Positions 35,450 to 47,687 of a stretch of DNA of 64,000 bases are shown here, in pieces; the first letter of the stretch is position 1, and each line of letters opens with the position of its first letter. The stretch is from Octopus sinensis (lineage: Eukaryota). A model generated the notes under the pieces. The model was given only the letters and a program-made list of their open reading frames with translations. It was not told the origin of the DNA and did no database searches. The DNA lies in assembly GCF_006345805.1 (NCBI RefSeq), contig NC_042998.1, forward strand, positions 180,172,001 through 180,236,000, in the 5' to 3' direction. Both the position numbers and the translations under genes were made by a program.

Positions 35450-35646
35450 CATTTTCTATGTTTCGGTCACGTGACTGCGGCCATGCTGGAGCACCGCCTT
35501 TCAGTAGAAGAAATCGACCCCAGGACTTATTCTTTGTAAGCCTAGTACTTATTCTATCGGACCCTTTTGCCAGGGGACATAGACATACCAGCATCGGTTG
35601 TCAAGCGATGGTGGTGACACACACACACACACACATACACACACAC

Positions 35647-35679
<33 letters not shown>

Positions 35680-35780
35680 CGACGGGTTTCTTTCTGTTTC
35701 CCTCAATCACATCCAATCACAAGGTTTTAGTCGGGCCGTGGCTCTCATAGAATAAATTTGCTCAAGGTGCCACGCAGTGA
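35450..35780 (-). mobile_element. CORE-type bipartite SINE
   Basis: Homologous to 3168-3566. Confidence 0.85.
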
Positions 35781-35799
35781 GTCATGTGTTTAGGAAGCA

Positions 35800-38700
35800 A
35801 GATTCTCTATTTCAGGAAATTGGCCATGAAGGCCGTACATAGAGGGGACAGCACATGGTGGGGGAAAAAAGCAAACGAATGGAAAAGATGAATTGAATAT
35901 AATGAAGAAATGGAATGAAGCCGTTCGGCCCCTTCTCGTGCTTTTCCTCAGCCTCCGTGGGCAGTGAAGCACCAACCTTCTCCCTCTCTTGCCTTTCAGC
36001 CTTTCTTTAGTCTTCACAGGTGGTGGAGTACAGTCCACTCTAATTGGCCTTTCAGACCACATTTATAGCACCGTCGTATCTTCCCTTCCACTCTGACTTT
36101 CAGCGTCACGTCTGCAACCGTGATTGTTTCCACCATACTTTCAATATCTTCTGGGTTAATCTATACCACCACGTTCAGTCTCTGCCATTACCAGTTACTG
36201 TAGGGTGTTCTGGTGGCCTGCAGGACCACCACCTCTTTTTCCATGCCTAGCAGTATGGCAGCCATCAGCTTCTGGTGGTATGTCTTCTACACTAACTCTG
36301 GAAACACGTCTCCCAAGGTATACAGGTAGAAGCACCACTTCTTCAGTTTTTAATGGTGTGGCTGAGTGCAGTCCGGCGGTAGCTAACTCCCGAAACTACA
36401 CTTCCACCGTTCTGTACGTTCTTCCCTTGGCAAGCTAGGATATCTCTTGCCAGACGGGCCTCAACGCCTTTTCAACTTATGCCTCCATCACTACTTCTAT
36501 TTTTCTTGTTGCCACCACGTATGTTCTGTAAACAATCGTTCTCTCTTCCTTATCCTTTAACACTTGTTTGGGCTGGGGACACTTTCATGTCGTTCCCCTC
36601 CCTTATATGTATTTCTTTGAACTTGCTCAGCCCCTCCATTAAACCAAAGGGAAGACGTTGCACCGCCAAGATTGCAAAAAACCCCCCAAAAAAACACGTG
36701 TGTACCAAACAAAACCAACAATCCATCTGAATAACGATAAACCGGAATAACGATAAACGAAGTTACCTCATTATCCAGTTCCTCATCCTGTCCATTGTAC
36801 ATCAATACATATTTTTCCTTACAGGGCGGAGGTGGGCAAATTTGAGGTTCCTGTGTGGTTGCAATTGTTTTTTTTTCTGTCAGACTGGACATGAGGAAGG
36901 TTGGAGTTTGTAGGGCATGGTTGGGGGTAGAGTGGTTGTGGGTGAGGGCCGGGTGGGTGCGGGAGGGGGTCACTCTTTACCACATGTGTCCTTTTTCTTT
37001 TATTCTCTGCTATCTCCCAGCTGTCGTTTGCCTCTTCTTCTTCAATGCTGGTACTTGTCTTCTACTGTAGTATAATGTCTTTTCCCTCTACAGGCTGTGG
37101 AGCGCCCACCACTTTTTCATTCTCCTCAGCCTTTTCTCGTGATGGAGGGCACTCAGCTCTTATGTGGCCCTTCAGGGCGTAATCCTTCCCTCCACTCTAA
37201 ATTTCAAGGTAGTTTCTCCTACTGAGATATTTTCTATCATCTTTTCTAGGTCCTCCTCCGCGACCTGTACCACCATTTCAAGGATTTGCCTTTTCTAATT
37301 TCCATGGGGCGTTTTGGTAGCCTGCAGAACAACCACCTTCTCTTCAATGTCCAGCAGGCAGCCACCAGCCAAGCCACATTCGCTTCTGGCGGTATGTCTT
37401 ACACCCGAACCCAGGAAGTACACCTCCCAAGGTACATGGGTAGAAGCACCACCACGTCTGTCTTCAGCAGTGTGGCCGAGCAGTTTGGCAGTTGCTATCT
37501 CCTTAAACTGCACCTCCACCTTTCCAAATTTTCGTCCCCTGGCAAGGTATTATATCTCCTGCCAAACTGACCTCAGTGCCTTTTCCACCTGTGCCTCCGA
37601 TACTGCTTCAATTTTCCTTGTTGCTGTAGGGTAGGTTATTTAGACAATCGTCCTGTCTTCCTTGTTCTTTAATATTTATTTTGTTTTGGGGGCGATAAAC
37701 ACCTTCACATCGTTCCCCTCCCTTTCAAGCATTTCCTTCAATTCACTCAACTCTTTCAGATTCACTTCTTCAATATTTCTTCTCTAGCCGCTGCTGCATA
37801 ATCACTCTTCTCCATCTCTTTGTCTATCTTGTTCAAGTATTCAACTAATTCTTCCTCTGACGAATCAGACTCTAGCGAAAAATACTTTAACTTCTCCCAA
37901 CTTCTCGCTCGACACTCAAGAGGCAAAACATCGCTCACCAGGACAGCCAAAAACAGTGTGTACCAAACAAATCCAACACTACAACTGAACGACCATAAAC
38001 TGGAAGCGAGCTTCTATATTTCATGAAAATTGGCCATAAATAGGCGACTTCATTTCATCTTTCATGGTGTAACTTCATTTCATTTCATTTATTTCTTTTT
38101 GTCCCTAATATGTGTTGTCCCCTATATGTGTTTATGTCAGGAAAGATGAAATGAAGTCGCCCCGCCTCACCTCCGAGCGATTTTTTGAACCCTTTGCAAC
38201 ATCATTTACTTCTGGTGGTATGTCCTCCACCCTCACTCTGGTAGTCCGTGTCCCAAAGTACACGTGTAGCAGTACTACCCCATCCGTTTTCAACGGTGTG
38301 GCCGAGTACAGTTTAGCAGTTGTTATACTCTAAGCTGCACCTCCACCGTTCCATATTTCCGTCCCCTGGCAAGGTATATTTTCTGCCAGACTGACCTTGG
38401 TGCCTTTCCTACCTTTGCCTCCGACGCTACTTCAATTTTCCTTGTTGCTGTTGCGTAAGTTCTATAAACAATAGTCTTTTCTGCCTTGTCTTTTAATACT
38501 GCTTTTCGGGGTGGGGAACACCTTCACTTTGTTCCCTTCCCTTTTAAGTATTTCCTTGAACTTGCTCAGCTCTTCCAGGTTTATTTCTTCAATTTTTTTT
38601 TCTCCTCTTGCTGCCGCTGCATAATTCTTCTTCTCTATTTCCTTGTCCATCTTGTTCAAGTACTCAACCAATTCCTCATCAAACGAATCACATTCTAGGG

Positions 38701-38850
38701 AAAAACACCTTAACTCTTCCCAACTTATCGCTCGACGACCCTCCATCACAAGAGGAAAATCGTCACACAGCCCAAAAATACGTCCGTCTCGCTCCAAACT
38801 AACAAACCAAATGAATCCTGGGAAACCGGGAGCGAGATTCTTTCTACACA
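35800..38850 (-). mobile_element. Second head-to-tail array of three ORF1-only Tx1/L1-type units
   Basis: GRTYRTVEV (36399-36425), GRKFGKVEV (37511-37537), GRKYGTVEV (38338-38364); GHIRAEC knuckle remnant 37149-37169; no ORF2 between units. Confidence 0.75.
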
Positions 38851-38865
38851 GTCACGTCTGCGCCG

Positions 38866-38929
<64 letters not shown>

Positions 38930-40064
38930 TCGTGTAGCTTACAGATTCTTTCGTACTAACACTTATTTCCTGTATTTTTAACAATGACAGATTGGAGCCG
39001 AGACCTCAGTCATTGAAGAAGTTCAAAGCAAATGGTGCCAAGTGTCTAAAACAAGAACCGAATAACACGAAGGATGTCACGTAATTCGAGCCCACAACTC
39101 ATTTCTTATAGTCAACTATCCCTAAAGGAATCCCGTTGAGCACGTTCGGTACTTTTACACTATAACATACATTTCTTCACATCACATAAATACACTTCTG
39201 GTTTCATAGACATATGCAAAGCTGTGTTTGAATGTGTGCCGGAAACAATTCTGCAGATTAAGATTAAAGTTGCAAATAGAATTATTGTTAGTAGAGCTGT
39301 GTTTGAATTAGTACTGAAAAGATTACTTTCAGAAGTTGATTTTAGTATACACAGGAGAGTTTTCCCCTGTCATCCATTTTTTTTTTTTAATAAGTTTCAA
39401 TCAAACGTAAATATGAACATCATATAAATTTAGCGGTCGATGACTCCAAACACCGACTAGATCGAACATAGAAAGGTCACTTATCAATAATATTATAGAT
39501 AAAAATCATTAATGTCGCTTGTCTCCCTATTGTATTATGCTGTTAATCATTGCTTTATGTTTAGATGCTAATATTAATTACATTAATCGCCATCTACTTT
39601 TTATGTTTTACCAATACAACTCTCCTATTATAGAGTTTTAATAGTTCCACAGTTGATATATATATATATATTGAGAGAGAGAGAGAGAGAGTGTTGGGGA
39701 GAGAGATGTATACGTATTTATGTATACTTATATATGTACACGTATTTATGTATACGTATTTATGTATACTTATATATGTATACGTATTTTTCCTATCAAT
39801 TTATGAATCGTATAATACAATTTATTGCTATAAAATGAGTGATTCACTGGCTGGATAATGTTGTCATATGGCTACCATTACAGTTAAGTATTTCAAAAGA
39901 CTAATGTAATATAACAATTGAAAGCTTATGTGAAATCGTCAACGTCACCCTTAAAACTGGTACCAAATAAATAATTTTTATTCCAAATACACAAGTAACG
40001 GAAAGTTTTATATTATTGTCCAGATACCTGCAACTTTGTATTAGTTTCATTTTGTTTACGCTAG

Positions 40065-40102
40065 AACTTAAATATTCGACAAACATAGGAAGGTGTACAA
40101 TG
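40065..40102 (+). other. Candidate micro-exon ending in ATG
   Basis: tttcattttgtttacgctag|...ACAATG|gtgagc; splice consensus only. Confidence 0.25.
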
Positions 40103-40439
40103 GTGAGCAGCTGAACAGTATGTGATTTTCGTTATCGCTCAAGTAGTTTATTTTGCTCTTTCGCTATTATCATTATTCTGACTTCATTTGGACAGATAGA
40201 TGAGTCAAGCCAGGGAAGCTGCTTTAAATGACTAATATAACATAACAATTCAACCGTTTATATAAAAGCTATAAAATTCATCCCTAATTTAACTGAAGTA
40301 CACCCATGTATATATATATATATATATTATATATATATATATATATATAAATATATTACTGCATCAAAGATTTTGAGAAAAGATTTGCTTGAAGTTTCTA
40401 ATCTATTAGAAACTCTCTATTAAACTCTCTATTTTTCAG

Positions 40440-40459
40440 AATCGTGCATTAGGTAGCAG
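40440..40459 (+). other. Candidate 20-nt micro-exon
   Basis: ctctctatttttcag|AATCGTGCATTAGGTAGCAG|gtgaga; phase-compatible with 40065-40102. Confidence 0.3.
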
Positions 40460-41562
40460 GTGAGAATAGATATATTGTGTCATCAACGTTCTATTGAACT
40501 TAAATAATATAATTTCCATTTAGTAGTTGGTGTATTTTATCACACACACACCTGGCAGCTGTTACTGTGATACAATTTTTGCGCATTGTGTATTAACACG
40601 TTACAGTTCTCTTCACACGGTCTTTTATTTCCATATTCGGTTCATATCTTATCTTATTCTATTCTCATTCGTACCACACCCATTTAAAGTTAACCCTTTT
40701 TTCCTATTCAAGTGAATTCTATTTCATGAATAATTTTAAATTATCGTCAATGTGTTGAAATTTGAAGTACCGAATTCTGCTCTAATCCCCCCTTTTTTTT
40801 CTCGAAATATACTTGAATATATGGTTATGAAATAATGACAGGCAAAATCAATCTGAGTAATTAAGAATCATTGAATTTTGTCAGTCATTAACAGGAGACC
40901 ATTCGCATAAATTATATAAGAAGTGATGCAAAGAGCTAACAAGCCTCATTGTACAAGATACACACAAACTTTCATCAGTTAGCAACGAAGATGAACAGTT
41001 AAAAATAGACATAATAAAAGAAAATGAAACTTATATATTTGATATAAGTTTGTGATAAGAGATCGTTACGTAAGTCAAGATTTACAGGTTTTCCCTCTCG
41101 GCTATGAACGAGCAAAAATATAAAACATCTACATCGAGTTTTAATTTACTTTATTCTTTTGAAAGAGCTTCACATGATACATGATGAACTAAATGTCAAC
41201 TAAAGCTTAGGGTTCTTTCTTCTTAGAGTTAATTTTCCATTTTATTTCTACATTCCTAAAAGTTATTTGTAGTAAAATTGAAGGCAAAAGAGAAATAAGG
41301 AAAGAATATCTCCATTTAATATGTTTACTAAATGTAGATAAAGTAAAATATATTTGAAGTAACTGTACACAATACTGTCTTTATGTGTGTTTGCGTCAAT
41401 GAAATCATTCTTTTCTAAACAATAACAGGGCAGAGACCTAGGCAGAAACATAATGTAAAGCTTGGAACTGGAAATCGAAACTTGGTTTATCTGATACGTA
41501 GCAACATTTAACACTACTGGCATCTACCTTACATTCAGCAATCACATTATTCTGTGGTTGGA

Positions 41563-41955
41563 TATACTCTCTTTACTTGTTTCAGTCATTTGACTGCGGC
41601 CATGCTGGAGCACCACCTTTAGTCGAGCAAATCGACCCCGGGACTTATTCTTTGTAAGCCCAGTACTTATTCTATCGGTCTCTTTTGCCGAACCGCTAAG
41701 TGACGGGGACATAAACACACCAGCATCGGTGGTCAAGCAATGCTAGGGGGAAAAACACAAACACACACACACACATACATATATACATATATACGACAGG
41801 CTTCTTTCAGTTTCCGTCTACCAAATCCACTCACAAGGCATTGGTCGGCCCGGGGCTATAGCAGAAGACACTTGCCCAAGATGCCACGCAGTGGGACTGA
41901 ACCCGAAACCATGTGGTTGGTTAGCAAGCTACTTACCACACAGCCACTCCTGCGC
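41563..41955 (-). mobile_element. Full-length CORE-type SINE, close to the 3168-3566 copy
   Basis: Nearly the same sequence and predicted peptide as 3168-3566. Confidence 0.9.
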
Positions 41956-42599
41956 CTATAGCCACTCCTGCGCCTAAAATATCGTTGATATCTCCTGAAA
42001 ATAAATCAGGATTCTAAACAAAGGGGCAGAGACCTAGGCAGAAATATAGTATAAAATTTCCAACTGGGAATTGAACCTTTGTTTGTCTGCTCCATACTAA
42101 ACCTAAACAGTGATTGTATCTATATCAATTTTCAAATACCTCTATTATTTTGTGGTTGGATACGCTAACTTATCGTAGGCTTTTCCTGATAATAAATCAG
42201 GCATTATGCATATTCGTTAATCTCCTGTCTGATTTCTCACATCATTTGATAAATGATCAGTTCAACTATGACTTCTTTTCCGCTCAAATAGCAAGGGCAC
42301 ATTCGTTAAGAGATGATCAAACGCTCTCGTCTCAGTGACGCTTGATCGTTATTTCTAGAGGAAATTCAAACTTACTGTGCATCGGTAATTGGCTACAACA
42401 AACCTTTTAGATCTGTGCTTCATTATAAAGTTAGCATGGTTTAATGCAATATACTTGTGGAAAGTTCCCTGACATGTAGGCAATAATTATTTCTCAGCAA
42501 ATGTAATCCGTTATACGGGTTCGATCTACAGTATGAACCATTATAATTATTTTTGGTAACGACTTCATAACACTTAATTCATATTAATTTAGGAAGAAT

Positions 42600-43600
42600 C
42601 GCTGGGGTGTCGAAAAAAATCACTTGCGTTATTTGGTTCTAGCTTTTTATATTCTGAGTTCCAATCCCACCGAAATCGACTGTGATATTCATGTTTTCGG
42701 GGGTCGATAAAACAGCATACAAGCGAAGTACCAGAGTCGGTGTAATCGACTAAGCTTCCTTAAATTTGCTGGCCTTGTGCTAAAGTAGACAGTATTCAGC
42801 GAGCTGGCGGAATCATTTAGCACGCCGGACAAAATGCTCAGTGGCTTTTCGAGTACTTTTACGATTGAGGAGGCGCAATGGCCCAGTGGTTAGGGCAGCG
42901 GACTCACGGTCAGAGGATCGCGGTTTCGATTCCCAGACCGGGCGTTGTGAGTGTTTATTGAGCGAAAACACCTAAAGCCCCACGAGCTCCGGCAGGGGAT
43001 GGTGGTGATCCCTGCTGTACTCTTTCACCACAACTTTCTCTCACTCTTACTTCCTGTTTCTGTTGTACCTGTATTTCAAAGGGCCGGCCTTGTCATTCTC
43101 TGTGTCACGCTGAATATCCCCGAGAACTACGTTAAGGGTGCACGTGTCTGTGGAGTGCTCAGCCACTTACACGTTAATTTCACGAGCAGGCTGTTCCGTT
43201 GATCGGATCAACCGGAACCCTCGTCGTCGTAACCGACGGAGTGCTTCCACTTCCACCACTTTTACGATCTGAATTGAAATTCCACCGAAGTCGACCTTGC
43301 CTTTCGTCCTTTCCGGGTCGATCAAATAAGAACGAGTTGCGTAATGCGGTCAATGTAAATGATTTGCCCCTGCCCCAAAATTTCAGGCCTTGTGCCAAAT
43401 ATAGAAATAACAATTAAGGCAATGAAGTGGCAGAACCGTTAGTTTGCTGGACAAAATACTTAGTAGCACTTCGTCCATATGTTCAAATTTGACTTCACTT
43501 TTCTTACTTTTAGGCTCGATGAAAGAAATAGCAGTCCATCACTGGAGTCGATGTAGTCGACTAGCCCATTCCCCAAAATTTCAGGCCTATTGTTTCGTTT
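42600..43600 (+). mobile_element. Meta-like SINE copies (one interrupted by an OR-like SINE)
   Basis: Heads at about 42600, 42800 and 43425; the second resumes at 43261. Confidence 0.75.
42868..43257 (+). mobile_element. OR-like SINE, tail type 2, with TSD
   Basis: ACTTTTACGAT at 42855-42865 and 43258-43268. Confidence 0.9.
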
Positions 43601-43703
43601 CTTCACGTATGTAGAAATGTGTTTATAAATTACAACTACTATACTTCGGTGTTTTGTTTGTGTTTTTAATGTATGCAATACGAGCTTAGTTATTATATTA
43701 GGT

Positions 43704-44063
43704 AGTGGAGGCGCAATGGCCCAGTGGTTAGGGCAGCGGACTCGCGGTCGTAGGATCGCGGTTTCGATTCCCAGACCGGGCGTTGTGAGTGTTTATTGAG
43801 TGAAAACACCTAAAAGTTCCACGAGGCTCCGGCAGGGGATGGTAGTTATCCTTACTGTACTCTTTCACCACAAATTTCTCTCACTCTTACTTCCTGTTTC
43901 TGTTGTACCTGTATTTCAAAGGGCCGGCCTTGTCACTCTCTGTGTCACACTGAATATCCCCGAGAACTACGTTAAGGGTGCACGTGTCTGTGGAGTGCTC
44001 AGCCACTTACACGTTAATTTCACCGGTACCCTCGTCGTCGTAACCGACGGAGTGCTTCCATCC
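43704..44063 (+). mobile_element. OR-like SINE, tail type 2, with TSD
   Basis: ATTATATTAGGT at 43692-43703 and 44064-44075. Confidence 0.9.
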
Positions 44064-44254
44064 ATTATATTAGGTGGCTATTACAAAGATGCATATTTTT
44101 AAAACTGTATTGTGTGTATTGTGTTAATGATATGAAAGGGTTTTTACGTAGGTTGTGGGCTGAGTCTAGCAAGGCTATTTTCTTCTTAATTCCTGTTATT
44201 CCTCCAAGAGAGCAATCCAGCATGTGCCTCTTGCTTATACATTACAATCTTTCA

Positions 44255-44582
44255 GTGAAGGCGCGTGGCTTAGTGGTTAGGGGCATTTGGCTCATGATCG
44301 TAAGGTCGTGAGTTCAATTCCCGGCGGCGCGTTGTGTCTTTGAGCAAGACACTTTATTTCACGTTGCTCCAGTCCACTCAGCTGGCAAAAATGAGTAGTA
44401 CCTGTATTTCGAAGGGCCAGCCTTGTTACACTCTATGTCACGCTGAATATCCCCGAGAACTGCGTTATGGGTACACGTGTTTGTGGCGTGCTCAGCCACT
44501 TACACGTTAATTTCACGAGCAAGCTGTTCCGTTGATCATATCAGCTGGGACTCTCGTCGTCGCAACCGACGGAGTGCTCCCC
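44255..44582 (+). mobile_element. CORE-domain SINE (OR2-like) sharing tail type 2
   Basis: TGGCTTAGTGG A box, GAGTTCAATTCC B box, TTGTGTCTTTGAGCAAGACACTT CORE-like block; imperfect TSD ACAAT(C/T)TTTCA. Confidence 0.85.
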
Positions 44583-44789
44583 ACAATTTTTCAAATACAC
44601 CGACACACATATCTCTCCATAGGAATCATTTCATTCCTTCCATCATCTATCCAATATGGCTTTGCCCAGAAGAAGCAACGTAAATATTACGTGACTTGGA
44701 GACGCTCTGGAAGTAGAGCTACGTGTTCAACGTCCTCAGATCATAGGTATATGTATAGGTATATTTAGGTATATGTACAGGTATATTTA

Positions 44790-45021
44790 AAGGCAGCGAG
44801 CTGGCAGAAACGTTAGCACGCCGGGCGAAATGCTTTGCGGTATTTCGTCTGCCGTTACGTTCTGAGTTCAAATTCCGCCGAGGTCGACTTTGCCTTTCAT
44901 CCTTTCGGGGTCGATAAATTAAAGTACGAGTTACGCACTGGGGTCGATGTAATCGACTTAATACCTATGTCTGTCCTTGTTTGTCCCCTCTATGTTTAGC
45001 CCCTTGTGGATAATAAAGAAA
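44790..45021 (+). mobile_element. Full-length Meta-like SINE
   Basis: TAGGTATATGTATAGG at 44744-44759 and 45022-45037. Confidence 0.9.
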
Positions 45022-45134
45022 TAGGTATATGTATAGGACGGCAAGCTTTCATTCACATTTTGGGTGGATATTACATCTATTATCCAAGTCGAAAGTTCCA
45101 GAATGGTTTGGATATCATCTTAAAGAAGGAACGT

Positions 45135-45440
45135 TGATGTCCTGGATGTGGACAGTATTGAAGGAGTTGCCTCCATATTAGTCGTAGTTTATGCTCCGGC
45201 AAGAGCAGGACAGCAGAATATGTTCTGGCATATGGAGTTCTTTCTAGAAACCTCCCGCCGAAACATCGAATATGTACATTTCGATTGTGTCAGGCCAGCT
45301 TATAAGCTGGGAGTGGAAAAGCTTCCCAAATCTACTCGGACGTCTCCAACTGTCTGATAGATACAGACTCGATTTCCCGAATGTGTTAATATATACACGG
45401 GAAAATCAACATCGAGTCATCCAGATCGTACCAACATGGT
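45135..45440 (+). mobile_element. Tx1/L1-type ORF2 APE endonuclease fragment
   Basis: VLDVDSIEGVASILVVVYAP...FLETSRR; a shifted frame gives LLGRLQLSDRYRLDFPN...SSRSY. Confidence 0.7.
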
Positions 45441-45615
45441 GTACTCTATAGGCCAGTTGATAGGGTTAGAATAAGTTTCCATAACTGAAATTAGTTACTA
45501 CACAAACTAGTTGCGTACTGGGGTCGATGTAATCAACTAGCCTCCTTCCCCAAATGTTCAGGCCCTTGTGCCTATAGTAGAAGGGATTATAATTATTATT
45601 ATTATTATTATTATT

Positions 45616-46084
45616 GAGTGAGTGAGAGAGCAGTGCATGTCATCAAAGTGAGACTGGGGTAAAATATACGAAGCCCAGTATACCCATCATGACTAAACGT
45701 CTGATAAGGGCACACCAGGCACATGCATCACAACCCTTTGTGCGCAACATGGTGATCACATATTAAGATAAACAGCTCATGACCTTGCAGGTGGGGGCCC
45801 AGTTAGAATTTTCTTCTGGTCGAGTAGCCCATCCCGCTCAAAAGGTCCCTGAACAAGGATTGTTTAAGGATGTTGAACAAACCACCTATGTTTCCAAAGG
45901 TGAACCATCTAAACCTCTAAGAATTCCTTTCAACACACGGCCATGATGCTCCTCTACTACTTCTGCTCGTGATCAGAGATGCACATATCGTCAGCCACTA
46001 AGGGACATGCTCAACTGGTTAAGGTCAAACAACTGACAAGCAAACTGTAGTATTAAGCAGAATATTTGCTGTATCCCATCCTTT
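45616..46084 (-). mobile_element. R4/Dong-like LINE 3' end embedded in (TAA)n
   Basis: DTANILL resembles the GTAxILR C-terminus; flanked by (TAA)n on both sides (45592-45615 and 46085-46128). Confidence 0.55.
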
Positions 46085-46085
46085 A

Positions 46086-46181
<96 letters not shown>

Positions 46182-47645
46182 TGCTTTTTGATTGATTGCT
46201 TGATTGACTGTTTTCTAGCTGGAAAGTTTGAGAAATATTTCAACGAGTGTAAACCTAAACCACCAGCAAATCAGTCCAAAGTACAACGGACTGTTTGATT
46301 TTTGTTTTCAAACAGAAATAAAATAAAACAAAACCTTCCCGATAGCTTAGTCTTATCAACGCACTTCAAAGGCACATTCTTCACAATGACCGTACAAAAA
46401 AACCGTTATCTAGAAACGCCTCAACAAATTCTCCCTCAGCATCGCCACACCCATACTTACATACATATGTACTTCTTCTCCATGTACAACGCTTACAAAT
46501 ATACATACATTCATACACAAACAAGGGTTCTCCGATTATTGAATGTTTCTTTGAATCTAGACGAAACACTGACAAGCGATGTTATAGCAAAGCAAGCATT
46601 ATTGTTGACAAGTCTCTAAACTTCCTTTCCACAAATCCTTTCCCATTCGGGTATTCTCTTTTTTCCCTATCCTTTATCCTTGTCTCAAACTCTGTTTCAT
46701 GTTTTGCTTTTGTCTGTTTAGCAAGAAATATGAGCTATTAAGACAGAATGAAATGCAATTAACTTTAAGCGATAAACATCAACTCTGTCAGACATTGAGA
46801 TTAGATAGCGAAGCGTTGGATTGGTTCAGATGTATGTTTTATGTAAGCAAATGATCTTTGGGCGTTTGTTGTGAGTTTTGGATGCTTTTCTGAATGCGCC
46901 TCGCTTTCTTTCCTTCTCTCTCTCTCTTTCCTTCTCTCTCTCTCTCTCTCTTTCTCCCTCTCTTGTATATAATCACATATGTGATTGGGAAAGAGAGGAT
47001 ATTTTTCTTTGTTTCAATCTATGGGCTCTTGTGCGAATGTATATACATACGAATATACATACTTAGATATATATCTGTATGTGTATACATGTATATATAT
47101 ATATAATGTATATGTAGTGTGTGTGTACACGTGCGCTCGTCTGTATTCATAATGTGTATATATATATATATATATATAATATATATATATATATGTACAC
47201 CTACACACGCATATGTGTTTGTGCGTGTATGTATGCGTTTGTGTACATTCGAGGGTATATAGATGCTTGTTCCCTTGTTTGTACGGGTGTGATAACATGA
47301 GCTGTTGTATATGTATATGATGTTGATGTGAATGTGGACGTGTGTGTATATCTAAGCGCCGGCTTGACTGCTTTTAAGGATGTTTTATTCCTCTGTCTTC
47401 CTTGAAATTTGTCTGTAGTCATGTCTGTAGTCATGTTACTACGTGAATGGTCAGCTGGTGCGTATGTGGGTCTATATGGGTGACTTGTTAAATCGTGATA
47501 GTTTTAGTATGCGCGTGTGTATTTCTCCTCGTGTCTCTGATGCGGATACTTTGTGTGTCCGTGATTTTACTGGAGTGTCTTAAAGTAAGTGTGCCTGTAT
47601 GAATGAGTGTATGTGTCCACATACCTCACATCTATAGTGAATGTA

Positions 47646-47687
<42 letters not shown>

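Noticed and set aside
4064-44340. tRNA genes at A/B-box sites (4064, 32236, 33813, 42868, 43704, 44255)
   Set aside because: Acceptor and anticodon stems do not close, and each continues into a SINE body.
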